63,763 nt of DNA, filler included, from a bacterium (GCA_046331705.1; 4 parts of 4 records of this genome joined end to end with filler, not necessarily neighbours in it), one strand, 5' to 3'. Shown: positions 38,298 to 47,347, numbered from the whole stretch's first letter. The notes: generated from the sequence alone by a model not told the origin. Translations and numbers: made by a program.

Positions 38298-38980
38298 GAC
38301 GCACTCGATCCGCGCAGCGCGCCGCCGCCGCGGGTATCGGCCGCGCGCGCCAAGCCCAGAACGCACGCCGCGATCAGCGCCGCCGCCAAGCCCGCGCGCA
38401 GCGGCCCCGCGCCGCGCGAGCGCACCCGCACCGGATCGACGAGCCCGTCGGTCCACTTGAGAAGCGCATCGCGCTTCAAGCGAAAGGACACCACCGCCAT
38501 CTCCGCGTCGGCGCGTGCGCTCGCGTCACCCGCGCGTTCCGCCTCGTCGAAGCGCTCGAGCAGCACCGTCTCCAGATTGTCGGCCTGCGCGAGCGCGTCG
38601 TCGATCATCGCGCGCTCACGTGCACGCGCACTCTCCAGCACCTCGCGCACGAGCTTCTCCGCCGCCGCCGCCGTGGCCGCGTGCGCCGCGACCACCACCT
38701 GATTCCAATGCCCGCCGCTCACCACCGAGATCGCGAACGCGTCCCGCTCGATCCGCACCGCATCCGCCTCCATCTCTGCGCGCACCTTGTCCACGTCGAG
38801 GAGCGGCACACCGTCGAGAACCGGCACCCGCACGGCGCCCGTCGCCTGCGCACCGGGCGCCACCACCAGCCCGACCACCCAGGCCGAAAGCGCCGCCACC
38901 AACCCCGCGGCGATCCCCCCAGCGAGCAACTGCACCACCGCCGAGAACCGCCCGGCCATCGCCGTCACGAACCCGCGCAT
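38294..38980 (-). CDS. Two-TM membrane protein with helical middle (Wzz-like topology)
   Basis: Hydrophobic helices near both termini flanking a charged helical region; stop overlaps the next ATG. Confidence 0.6.
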   Translation of the reverse strand: MRGFVTAMAGRFSAVVQLLAGGIAAGLVAALSAWVVGLVVAPGAQATGAVRVPVLDGVPLLDVDKVRAEMEADAVRIERDAFAISVVSGGHWNQVVVAAHAATAAAAEKLVREVLESARARERAMIDDALAQADNLETVLLERFDEAERAGDASARADAEMAVVSFRLKRDALLKWTDGLVDPVRVRSRGAGPLRAGLAAALIAACVLGLARAADTRGGGALRGSSAS

Positions 38981-39170
38981 CGCACCCTCACCAGGCACGA
39001 TTCAAACACCCCGCGGCCGCGGCGCACAGCGGACCGACAGCACTCGATCCGCACACGCCGCTCGGCGCCACACGCGCACCAGCGATCGCGAGACAGCACC
39101 GCGTGCCCGCGAACGTGAGCGTGGCCGCTGCTCGGTTCGGCGCGCCAGCGCCCGGGGCGACCGAGCACGG

Positions 39171-39200
39171 TTGACACTCCTCCGAGCCCGTCAATATCTT
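39171..39200 (+). promoter_or_regulatory. Sigma70 promoter for tRNA-Asn (TTGACA-N18-TATCTT)
   Basis: Consensus -35 at 39171-39176 and -10 at 39195-39200, 22 bp before the tRNA. Confidence 0.7.
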
Positions 39201-39222
39201 CCGGCGGCTCGAAATCGCACCT

Positions 39223-39298
39223 TCCCCGGTAGCTCAGTCGGCAGAGCGGGTGGCTGTTAACCACCAAGTCGGCGGTTCGAGTCCGTCCCGGGGAGCCA
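39223..39298 (+). tRNA. tRNA-Asn (GTT)
   Basis: Acceptor TCCCCGG/CCGGGGA, D arm AGCTCAGTCGGCAGAGC, anticodon arm GGTGG-CTGTTAA-CCACC, GGTTCGAGT T loop, encoded CCA; 76 nt. Confidence 0.98.
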
Positions 39299-39331
39299 CG
39301 TTTTCGTCCAGGGTTGCGTCAGCCGCGCGGC

Positions 39332-39739
39332 TCACTCCTGCGACGCAGTCGAGACGAGTCTCGCTCGAATCCAAGTGGCCAGCTCCTCTTCGGAGACCCG
39401 GCCCTCGGCCAAACCGACGAATACTCGGTACTTGTCGTCCGGCGCGCCGGCGATGTCGGCGCCGTTGATGCGCAGGAAGGTCCGACACGCGACCAGCGCG
39501 GTGCGCTTGTTACCATCCACGAACGGATGGTTTTGCGCGATGCCGAACGCGTAGGTGGCGGCGAGATCGGCCAAATCCGCATCGGCTCCCCGGTAAGCAA
39601 GTCGGTTACGCGGTCGAGCGAGAGCCGAATCCAGTAGACCGGCATCTCGCAGGCCCGCATCACCACCGTGCTCGGCGATCTGCCGGCGATGGATCGCCAG
39701 CACGACCTCAGCGCGAAGCCAGACCGGCCCGTCCGTCAT
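39332..39739 (-). CDS. doc: Doc (death-on-curing) family toxin
   Basis: HGGDAGLRD, LDSALARP, HPFVDGNKRT. Confidence 0.95.
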   Translation of the reverse strand: MTDGPVWLRAEVVLAIHRRQIAEHGGDAGLRDAGLLDSALARPRNRLAYRGADADLADLAATYAFGIAQNHPFVDGNKRTALVACRTFLRINGADIAGAPDDKYRVFVGLAEGRVSEEELATWIRARLVSTASQE

Positions 39740-39743
39740 CGCA

Positions 39744-39968
39744 CTATTCGGCGAGCTTGCGGAGCACGTCGCGATCGTCCCGCATCACCCGCTCAGCCTC
39801 GTCGAGTTGGTGCGCCACTTCCGGGTCGAAGGGCGTCAGCTCGACGCCTCCTGGCGTGTCCAGCAGAAAGAGCGTGTCGCCACGCTCCACGCGGAGGCGC
39901 TTCAAGACCTCTTTCGGGAGCACCACACCGGTGGAGTTTCCGATCGTCGTCAGCTTGACCTTGGTCAC
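39744..39968 (-). CDS. AbrB/MazE-type antitoxin
   Basis: KLTTIGNSTGVVLPKEVLKRLRVERGD; GAGGAGG RBS; 4 bp upstream of doc. Confidence 0.92.
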   Translation of the reverse strand: MTKVKLTTIGNSTGVVLPKEVLKRLRVERGDTLFLLDTPGGVELTPFDPEVAHQLDEAERVMRDDRDVLRKLAE

Positions 39969-39985
39969 GTCGTCCTCCTCGGCCG

Positions 39986-40000
39986 ATTATAACGATCGTT
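39986..40000 (-). promoter_or_regulatory. TATAAT -10 box with adjoining palindrome AACGATCGTT; likely TA promoter/operator
   Basis: ATTATA at 39986-39991 reads TATAAT on the minus strand; 10-bp perfect palindrome at 39991-40000. Confidence 0.5.
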
Positions 40001-40140
40001 GGAACGGGCAGGCACTCCCTGGTGGTGCTCACCATTCAGCTCCGCCGAGAGTTCGAGCTACGTCGAGTACGGGGAGCCAGATTGGACGCAGGCTGTCGGA
40101 ACCGATCCCGATGGCTTGGTGCTCGTCGATATCGTCTCCA

Positions 40141-40338
40141 TCACCGGCGATCGAGGTCGCCTCGCTCGGCGTTGGCGTCCTCGATGGTGCGAAAGCGACG
40201 AACGCCCGGGGGTGGATCGCCGGCCAGGCTCCGATACAGCCGCAACATCCGAGCAGTCTCGCGCAGGTTCGCCGGATCGTCCGGCTCGCGCCACGGCGGC
40301 CGCATGTCCTCGATCGACCGATATCGTTGAACCGTCAT
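40141..40338 (-). CDS. 65-aa hypothetical protein with a duplicated V-x-R-[FY]-R-[ST]-I-E-D motif
   Basis: AGGAG RBS then ATG; VQRYRSIEDM and VRRFRTIEDA; directly follows the nucleotidyltransferase remnant. Confidence 0.65.
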   Translation of the reverse strand: MTVQRYRSIEDMRPPWREPDDPANLRETARMLRLYRSLAGDPPPGVRRFRTIEDANAERGDLDRR

Positions 40339-40339
40339 C

Positions 40340-40847
40340 TCAGCGCTCCTCGCATCCGAACCTGCTGCCAGCGCGACAGCATCGAAGCGGTCGATCGGAC
40401 GGACGGTGTCCTTCTTCATCGGCCAAAGCGCCCTCGGGCTCACGACGCGGACCCGGACGCCTGCGTACGTCTTCTCCTCGATCACCAGATCGTCGAAAGC
40501 GCATGCTTCCCCGAGCCGGGTCAATATGTCGAAGCCGAATCCGGTGGGTGGCACGTAGCGGAGCACGTGGCGGACGGCTGGATGATTACCGCACCGATCG
40601 TCCGATGAGATCTCGTCGATCTGCGGATCGCCGTAGACGTCTCTCAGCGCGCGCTTGAGGCGCTCGATCTGCTCCGGATCGGCGCGGATGATCGGCGGAT
40701 GAACAGGTCGAGGTCGGCGGTGGCACGCGCCAGCCCGTGGAGCCCGAGCGCGATCGCGCCGAGGACGGCGTATTCGACCGGACGCGCCTCGAGCGCGCGG
40801 AACACGTTCACCAGAAGGTCTTCGTCGACCGCGACCCGCTCCGCCAT
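40340..40847 (-). pseudogene. Frameshifted DNA-pol-beta-type nucleotidyltransferase
   Basis: YAVLGAIALGLHGLARATADLDLF in one frame, continuing as IRADPEQIERL...MKKDTVRPIDRFDA in another after an 11-bp near-duplication at about 40690-40700. A second shift near 40365 bypasses the TGA at 40340-40342. Confidence 0.75.
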
Positions 40848-41132
40848 GGGGTGAGCGTGACATGGATCGCGGCCGTCGCGAATCCAGCCCGGAAGGTCCG
40901 GGGCATGCGACTCGCGAAGCCGATTCGCGCCCGGCAGGCCCGACGCATGCAGCTCTCGACGATTGGCGGCGCGACCCTTGGCGTGTTGCTCGCGATGGCC
41001 CTGGTGCTGCTCCACGCGTCGACCGCGCGGGCTGACGGGATCGCGTTCGAGTACCGGATCGCGTTCGGCATCGTCGTCCTCGATCCCGTTCTTGCCTTCG
41101 TGACCGTGTTCGAGGCTGGGTGATGGCGTGGG

Positions 41133-41232
41133 NNNNNNNNNNNNNNNNNNNNNNNNNNNNNNNNNNNNNNNNNNNNTTAATTAATTAANNNNNNNNNNNN
41201 NNNNNNNNNNNNNNNNNNNNNNNNNNNNNNNN
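41133..41232. other. Artificial contig spacer
   Basis: 44 N + TTAATTAATTAA + 44 N. Confidence 0.98.
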
Positions 41233-41233
41233 C

Positions 41234-43075
41234 GAGGCGCGCGCCACGAACCCGGCCGCGCAGATCGCCGTGTCGCCGATGGGCGAGGATCGCTCGCTGA
41301 CCATTGCCGCTGCGGACCCGTTCGCGTACCTGGGAACCAGCCTGGCGGTTGGCGATCTCGACGGCGACGGGAAGGACGATCTGGTGATCGGCTCGCCGGG
41401 CTACAACGTCGTCGGCGGTCCGCAGGTGGGACGCGTCCGGGTGGTCCGCGGTCGCGCCGTCGCCGCCCACGAATCGCTCGACGTGACCAGCGGCGGTGCG
41501 GACATCACGCTCACCGGCGACCTGGCCTTCGGCCGCTTCGGCTGGGCGGTGGCGCTGGTCGATCTCAACGCCGACGGTCGGCTCGATCTCGCCGTCTCGC
41601 AGCCGACCACCGACGCGGCGAGCTACGGCTACCGCGGACGCGTGCTCGTCTATTTCGGTCAGCCGGGCGGCACGCTCTCGAGCACGCCGGACGTCACCGT
41701 CACCACCTCGAACGCCTACGCGAACCTGGGCTTTCGTCTGGTTGGCGCCGACCTCGATCAGGACGGGCACGCCGATCTGGTCATCTCCACTCCGTACGAG
41801 CGCGCCGGTGGCCGTCAGCGCGGTCAGGTGGCCGTCTTTCGCGCCAGCGCGTCCTACACCTCCGGCGTCTCGAAGGACGTCTCGCTCGCCGATTGGCGCG
41901 TGACCGGCTCGCAGGATTGGGCGTGGCTCGGCTTCGAGGTGATCGCCGCGGACCTCGGCTCGCCGGCGCACCCACACCTCGTGGTCGGGGCGCCCAAGTG
42001 GAAGAGCGGCTCGATCCAGGGCGCGGGCCGCGTGTACGCGTTCGACATGGCCGGCCTCGCCAGCGGCACGGCGTCGACCAGCCCGGTGTTCACGATCACC
42101 GGCACCGGCGAGTTCGACAACTCCGGCTCGGCGCTGGCGTTCGGTGATCCGCGCGGCAACGGCCAGCCGTTGCTCGCCATCGGCTCTCCTGCCGACTCGC
42201 CCAACGCCACGGCGCAGACCGGGTCGGTGGCGCTGGTTTCCGTGGATGGCCTGAGCGGCGATCACTCGCTCGGCTCGCTGGCCGTGGCGACGCGGATCGA
42301 CGGCGATCTGTCGTTCGCGCGCCTGGGTGCGCGGCTCGGGTTCGTGGACGTGAACGGCGACGGCGCCGACGAGCTCTGGGTGAGCGAGCCGATGCGCAAG
42401 GATGGGCTCGCGAACTGGGAGGCGGGTGCGGCGTATCTCTTCGCCGGCGGCGCTTCGTTCCCCGCCGGCTCGCTGGTGGCGGGGCCGTCGACGGCGCTGT
42501 GGAGCATGCGCGACACCGCGCTCCGCGGCGTCTTCGGATCCACGCTCGCGTTTCCCGATTTCGACGGCGACGGCTCGCCGGATTTCGCCATCGCGTCGCG
42601 GCGCTCGTTCGCTGCGGAGAACGAAGGCGGCTTGGTGCGCGTGGTGATGGCGCCCAAGCTCGCCGTGAGCACCGTCCAGCCCACTCAGCTCGGTGTGGCC
42701 ACCGAGCGGAACGTGGTGGTCAACGGTACGCGCTTCCACTCGGCGGGAGCGGCGCTGAGATTGGTGCGAGGCGCCACCGAGATCGTGCCCAGCATCACCT
42801 CCGTGACCGCGACGCAGATGCGCGGCTCGGTGAGCGTGCCCGCAGGGGCGGAGCTCGGAAGCTACGACCTGGTGGTGCGCGACGCGTTCGGATCCGTGAC
42901 GCTGCCGGGCGCGGTGCAGGTGACCGCCGAGCCGGGCCCGGTGGTGTGCGGCGTGAGCCGCTTCGGTAGCGCGGACGAGTCCGCCGCCGCGCGCGCGTGG
43001 TTGGTGGCGCTGGCGCTGCCGATGGTGATCGTGGCTGCGGTCCGTCGTCGCCTGCGCGCGCCGCGCATCGACTGA
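41234..43075 (+). CDS. FG-GAP (integrin-alpha-like) repeat surface protein with IPT-like domain and C-terminal Cys-TM-Arg anchor (5' partial)
   Basis: GDLDGDGKDDLVIGSP, DLNADGRLDL, DLDQDGHADL, VVGAP, DVNGDGADEL, DFDGDGSPDF; tail VVCGV...AWLVALALPMVIVAAVRRR. Frame is open from the fragment edge. Confidence 0.88.
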   Translation, partial: EARATNPAAQIAVSPMGEDRSLTIAAADPFAYLGTSLAVGDLDGDGKDDLVIGSPGYNVVGGPQVGRVRVVRGRAVAAHESLDVTSGGADITLTGDLAFGRFGWAVALVDLNADGRLDLAVSQPTTDAASYGYRGRVLVYFGQPGGTLSSTPDVTVTTSNAYANLGFRLVGADLDQDGHADLVISTPYERAGGRQRGQVAVFRASASYTSGVSKDVSLADWRVTGSQDWAWLGFEVIAADLGSPAHPHLVVGAPKWKSGSIQGAGRVYAFDMAGLASGTASTSPVFTITGTGEFDNSGSALAFGDPRGNGQPLLAIGSPADSPNATAQTGSVALVSVDGLSGDHSLGSLAVATRIDGDLSFARLGARLGFVDVNGDGADELWVSEPMRKDGLANWEAGAAYLFAGGASFPAGSLVAGPSTALWSMRDTALRGVFGSTLAFPDFDGDGSPDFAIASRRSFAAENEGGLVRVVMAPKLAVSTVQPTQLGVATERNVVVNGTRFHSAGAALRLVRGATEIVPSITSVTATQMRGSVSVPAGAELGSYDLVVRDAFGSVTLPGAVQVTAEPGPVVCGVSRFGSADESAAARAWLVALALPMVIVAAVRRRLRAPRID

Positions 43076-43125
43076 GTCGTCGCGGCTCGACCGGCCCGAT
43101 CGCGCCCCACGCGTGCGGCAAGGCA

Positions 43126-43182
43126 CGGCGGTGCCATGCTGCGGCGCGGCGCGGCGCTGCGGCGGTGCCATGCTGCGGCGCG
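43126..43182. repeat. 23-bp direct repeat, two copies
   Basis: CGGCGGTGCCATGCTGCGGCGCG at 43126-43148 and 43160-43182; the second copy abuts the ATG at 43183. Confidence 0.85.
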
Positions 43183-44907
43183 ATGACGGCGATCGTCGAC
43201 GACAGGGCAGCGGGAGCGCGCCGCGCGCGCTCGCTCGAGTCGGGCCTCGCGCTTGCTGTCGTGGCGCTGGTGACGGCGCTCGCGCATTTCCTGCTGGTCG
43301 GCGGCTTCGGGCTCTACGAGGACGACCTCTTCCTCATCGGGTCGCCGCTCGCCCACCCGAACGGTGCCTACCTCTTCGAGCAGCTCGATCGCTTCGTGTC
43401 GTGGCCGGAAGGGCGTCCGCTTCACGGCTACGTGGCGGCGGTCCTCACCATCGTGGCGTCGCGGCTCGGCGGCATCGCGGGCCTGTGGTGGCTCGCGTGG
43501 GGGATCCTGGTCGCCAACGCATGGCTCTTCCAGCGCCTGCTGCGACGACGTCTGCCCGGGCGGATGGCGCTCCTCGCCGCGCTCTTCCTGACCCTCGCGC
43601 CGTCGGACACCGCGCGGCCGATGATGCACGTGGTCTACGTCGTCCAGGCGTCGCTGACCTTCGTGCTCGTCGCGGCGCTGCTTCACGGCCGCGGCAGGAC
43701 GACGCTCGCGTGCGTGCTCGCGGTGATCGCGCTGCTCACCTACGAGACGTTCTTTCCGCTCTACGTGCTGGCTCCCGTCTTCGCTCGCGACGAGCGGATG
43801 CGCAGCCGCCGCGCTTGGCTCAGACACCTGGCGACGGTGGCGGCGTGCCTCGCGTTCGTGCTCGCGGCGCGCGTGCTGACGCGAGAGGCGCGGGTGCTGA
43901 CGACGCTCGCCCCCACGGCGCTCGGCGGGACGCTCGCGACGCTCGCTGGCCACCTCGTCGCGGGACCCGCGCTCGGCCTCGGGCTCTCGATCTACCGTCC
44001 GCTGCGTGAGCTCGCGAACGCCGACGCCACGTATGCGGTGGTGGTCGTGGCCGTGGCAGCCGTGTGCGCTACGGCGCTGGTGATGCAGCAGTGGCTCGAG
44101 GACCACGCGCCGGGCGCACCGGACGCCGACGTCCGCGGGCCCGACATCGCGACGATGCGCGAGCGGTTGACGCTCGGTGGCGCGCTGCTCGTGCTGGGCT
44201 ACGTGCTCTCGTTCACGCGTCCAATCGGGCTCACCGAAGGGCGCATGTCGACCGTGCACTCGGCGGGGACGCTCGGGCTCGCGGTGATCGTGGCGACCCT
44301 CCTGGATCGTGCGCTGGCGAGTGCTGCGACCCAACGCGCGCGGCGTGGCGCGCTGGTCGGCGTCTCGCTCTACCTCGGACTGCTCGCGGGCCCGCAGCTG
44401 CTGGTGCAGCAGGACTACGTGCGCGATTGGTCGCTCGCGGCGCGGTTCTGGACGCGGGCGCTCGTGCTGCTGGCCGACCTCGGACCGAACACCCAGGTGG
44501 TCGTCGAGCGAGACGGCCTCTCCCTGGGGCGGTTCGCGTATCCGCATCACCGCGCCGACGATCGCGTCTTCAAGCATCTGTGCGGCTTCGGCGACGAGTG
44601 GGAGGATCTGAATCGCTGGATCGAGGTCGATCGGGGCTGGACCGAGGGCCTGCGCTGGGTGGACGGCAGCGCGGAGCTGCCCGACGCGCCGTTCTTCAAG
44701 CCCATGCCGGGTGCCGGGCCGAATCTCGCGCTGCCGAACGGCGACGTGATCGTCTTGACCTCGCGCGACGGCGAGTGGTTCCGACGCGAGGAGCCGATCG
44801 CGGTCGGCGAGCACGTGCTGGCGCTCAAGCCCTTGGAGCCGAACGCGCGCGGAATCTGCGGGGATGGCGTCCTGCGCCCATGGCTCGCGCGCGCCAAGCC
44901 GGGTTGA
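43183..44907 (+). CDS. Polytopic membrane protein, GT-C glycosyltransferase-like
   Basis: Many TM segments; acidic GLYEDD in the first loop followed by GRPL; TYE motif; soluble C-terminal domain. Confidence 0.6.
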   Translation: MTAIVDDRAAGARRARSLESGLALAVVALVTALAHFLLVGGFGLYEDDLFLIGSPLAHPNGAYLFEQLDRFVSWPEGRPLHGYVAAVLTIVASRLGGIAGLWWLAWGILVANAWLFQRLLRRRLPGRMALLAALFLTLAPSDTARPMMHVVYVVQASLTFVLVAALLHGRGRTTLACVLAVIALLTYETFFPLYVLAPVFARDERMRSRRAWLRHLATVAACLAFVLAARVLTREARVLTTLAPTALGGTLATLAGHLVAGPALGLGLSIYRPLRELANADATYAVVVVAVAAVCATALVMQQWLEDHAPGAPDADVRGPDIATMRERLTLGGALLVLGYVLSFTRPIGLTEGRMSTVHSAGTLGLAVIVATLLDRALASAATQRARRGALVGVSLYLGLLAGPQLLVQQDYVRDWSLAARFWTRALVLLADLGPNTQVVVERDGLSLGRFAYPHHRADDRVFKHLCGFGDEWEDLNRWIEVDRGWTEGLRWVDGSAELPDAPFFKPMPGAGPNLALPNGDVIVLTSRDGEWFRREEPIAVGEHVLALKPLEPNARGICGDGVLRPWLARAKPG

Positions 44908-44944
44908 GCCCGAGATGGGCGGGGCGCTCGGGGACGCCCGCGGG

Positions 44945-46441
44945 TCAGCCCGCGGCAAGCACGGGGTCAGGCGCGAGATTCGCGGGAAGCTCGATCCCAG
45001 GTGCGAGGGAGCGCTCGCGCCGATAGAGCGAGAATCGTCCGATCGCGAGGACCTCGCGAGCGAACGTCTCGGCCAGGATGCGCGCGCCGTGGCGGCGCCG
45101 CAGCACCGCCGAGCCGAGCCTCAGTGCTTGTCGGGGGCGCAGGTAGAAGCGCCGCAGGAACCGATCCGGCAGTGCGCGCAGCTGCTCGAGCGGGATCGCG
45201 GGAGTGCGCACCACCGGCTCCTTGGTGGTGTAGAGATCGGTGTCGTCGCTCGCCAGCAGCCCCGCGGCGCGCACCTCGTCGCGAAACGCCGTGCCGCCGA
45301 AGGGCGTTGCGAAGACGATGGTGAGCAGGTCGAGCGGCAGGCGCGCGAACCAACGGTACGAGCGCTCCAGCGACTCGAGCGTGTCGCTCGGAAAACCGAT
45401 GATCCAGCCGGCGTGGCTCAGGATGCCGTGGCCGTGCATGGCCGCGAGCGCGCGCTCCGCGTCGTCGTCGTCGTAGCGCTTCTGGATGCGCTCGCGTAGC
45501 ACGGCGTCGCCGGATTCGAGCCCCAGGAAGCCGTACACGCAGCCGGCGGCGCTCATCGCGTGGGCTAGCTCGTCGGTCATCTCGTCGGCGCGGCAGAATG
45601 CGCCCCACGCGAGGCGATCCGGGAGGCGGCGGCGCACCAGCTCGTCGCAGATCTCCACGACCCATCTCGGGCGCACCGTGAACTCCTCGTCGCGGAAGAA
45701 GAGCGAGTCGATCGCATGACGGTCGAGGAGCATCTCGATCTCGTCGACCACGTTCGCGGCCGTGCGCTTGGTCCACGCCGCGCCCCACAGCGCCGGTGTC
45801 TGGCAGAACGAACAGGTGTACGGGCAACCGCGCGAGGCCTGCACGGAGAGCGTGCGCATCCGCGACGCCGGCGTGCACAAGAACTGGTTGAAGCGGTAGC
45901 GCTCGATGGGCAGACCGTCGCGCATCGGCAGCGACAGGCGGTCGAGCTTCTTGAGGCGACGCCGGGACGGCGTCACGACGAGCTCGCCAGCAGCGCCGCG
46001 AAACGCGAGCCCCTCGATGGTCGTGAGATCGGGCTGGCGCGCCGCGCCGAAAGCGTCGAGGAGCTCGACCATCGCTTCCTCGCCCTCGCCGCGCACCACC
46101 ACGTCGATCGCCGGATCGAGCGCGCAGCCGGGCTCGCCGGACACGTGCCAGCCGCCGAACACGATGCGCGCGCCGTACCGCGCCTGAGCCGCGCGCGCCA
46201 GCACCAGCCCGTTCCGATAGGTCTCGGTCATGGCGCTCAGGCCGACGACCTCCGGGCGGAACGCATCCAGCTCGTCGAAGAGTCGCGCGACCGCGGTCCG
46301 GTCGCGGTCGATCAGATCGCGAAGCAGCACCTCGTGGCCCGCATCGCGGCACGCGGCACCGACGTAGCCGAGCCCGATCGGCTCCAGAAAGCACGACGCG
46401 TTGGTGTAATTCGTGGGCGGCTGGATCAGCGCGACGCGCAT
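44945..46441 (-). CDS. Cobalamin-binding radical SAM protein
   Basis: EPIGLGYVGA, VVGLSAMT, IVFGGWH, VVRGEGE, SRGCPYTCSFC, FRDEEF, GLESG, IIGFPSDT, TPFGGT. Confidence 0.92.
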   Translation of the reverse strand: MRVALIQPPTNYTNASCFLEPIGLGYVGAACRDAGHEVLLRDLIDRDRTAVARLFDELDAFRPEVVGLSAMTETYRNGLVLARAAQARYGARIVFGGWHVSGEPGCALDPAIDVVVRGEGEEAMVELLDAFGAARQPDLTTIEGLAFRGAAGELVVTPSRRRLKKLDRLSLPMRDGLPIERYRFNQFLCTPASRMRTLSVQASRGCPYTCSFCQTPALWGAAWTKRTAANVVDEIEMLLDRHAIDSLFFRDEEFTVRPRWVVEICDELVRRRLPDRLAWGAFCRADEMTDELAHAMSAAGCVYGFLGLESGDAVLRERIQKRYDDDDAERALAAMHGHGILSHAGWIIGFPSDTLESLERSYRWFARLPLDLLTIVFATPFGGTAFRDEVRAAGLLASDDTDLYTTKEPVVRTPAIPLEQLRALPDRFLRRFYLRPRQALRLGSAVLRRRHGARILAETFAREVLAIGRFSLYRRERSLAPGIELPANLAPDPVLAAG

Positions 46442-46576
46442 CGGTGGGCCTCGCGTCCGCGACGCGCGGCGCCCTCCCTTCGTACTGGACCCCGTCCGCC
46501 GCCGCAAGCGGCGGGGCCGGACGCGGACACTGCCTCCGCGCAGCGGCGCGCGGCGATCCCGAGCAGGGACTCGGGC

Positions 46577-47344
46577 TCAGCAGACGATCGAGTAGCCGCC
46601 GTCGACCACCAGCGTGTGGCCGGTGATGAACCGGGCCGCCGGGCTGGCGAGGAAGAGCACCGGCGGCGCCACGTCCTCGGGCTCGCCCCAGCGGCCGAGC
46701 GGCGTGCGCTCGAGCACCGGGCGCGAGAGATCCTCGCTGCCGACCATGATCTCGGTCATGCGCGTCGCGATGAAGCCGGGTGCCACGGCGTTGACGCGAA
46801 TGCGGTCGGGCGCCCAGTAGGCCGCGAGGTTCTTGGTGAGCTGGACGAGACCGGCCTTGGCGGCGCCGTAGCCCGGGACGAGCGGCACGGCGGAAAACGC
46901 CGCGAGCGACGCGATGCTCACGACGCTCGCGCCGCCAGCGAGCGTGCTGGCGGCGAGGCGTTCACGCACCGCCAGCGAGAGCCGGAACGCACCCACCAGG
47001 TTGATGTGGAGCGTCTCCTCGAAGACGTCGGGCTCCCATTCGCTGCGAAAGCCCGGGAGGTTGGCGCCGGCGTTGTTCACGAGCACGTCGAGGTCGCCGA
47101 GGGTTGCGACGAGGGCCTCGATGGAGTCGGGCGTGCGGGTGTCGAGCGGGTGATAGCGGAAGGCTCCGAGGTCGGCGTCGTAGTCGGAGGCGCGCGCACG
47201 CGTGCCGGTGACGGTCACCGCCGCGCCAGCCTCCGCGAAGGCCGCCGCGATCGCATGGCCGATGCCGCCGGTCCCGCCGGTGACCAGCACGGCGCGATCG
47301 GTGAAGTCGAAGCGAACGGCAGGTGCGACGGTCGGCTCGGCCAT
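46577..47344 (-). CDS. Short-chain dehydrogenase/reductase
   Basis: VTGGTGGIG, LVNNAG, YGAAK, RVNAVAPG, VDGG. Confidence 0.95.
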   Translation of the reverse strand: MAEPTVAPAVRFDFTDRAVLVTGGTGGIGHAIAAAFAEAGAAVTVTGTRARASDYDADLGAFRYHPLDTRTPDSIEALVATLGDLDVLVNNAGANLPGFRSEWEPDVFEETLHINLVGAFRLSLAVRERLAASTLAGGASVVSIASLAAFSAVPLVPGYGAAKAGLVQLTKNLAAYWAPDRIRVNAVAPGFIATRMTEIMVGSEDLSRPVLERTPLGRWGEPEDVAPPVLFLASPAARFITGHTLVVDGGYSIVC

Positions 47345-47347
47345 GGC

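Noticed and set aside
40946-41123. Short signal-peptide-like ORF at the fragment end
   Set aside because: Only 58 codons beside a contig break; cannot distinguish a gene, a gene fragment or noise.
46442-46576. Cobalamin riboswitch upstream of B12-radical SAM genes
   Set aside because: No recognisable B12-box or conserved core here or at 29772-29826; a covariance-model search would be needed to exclude it fully.
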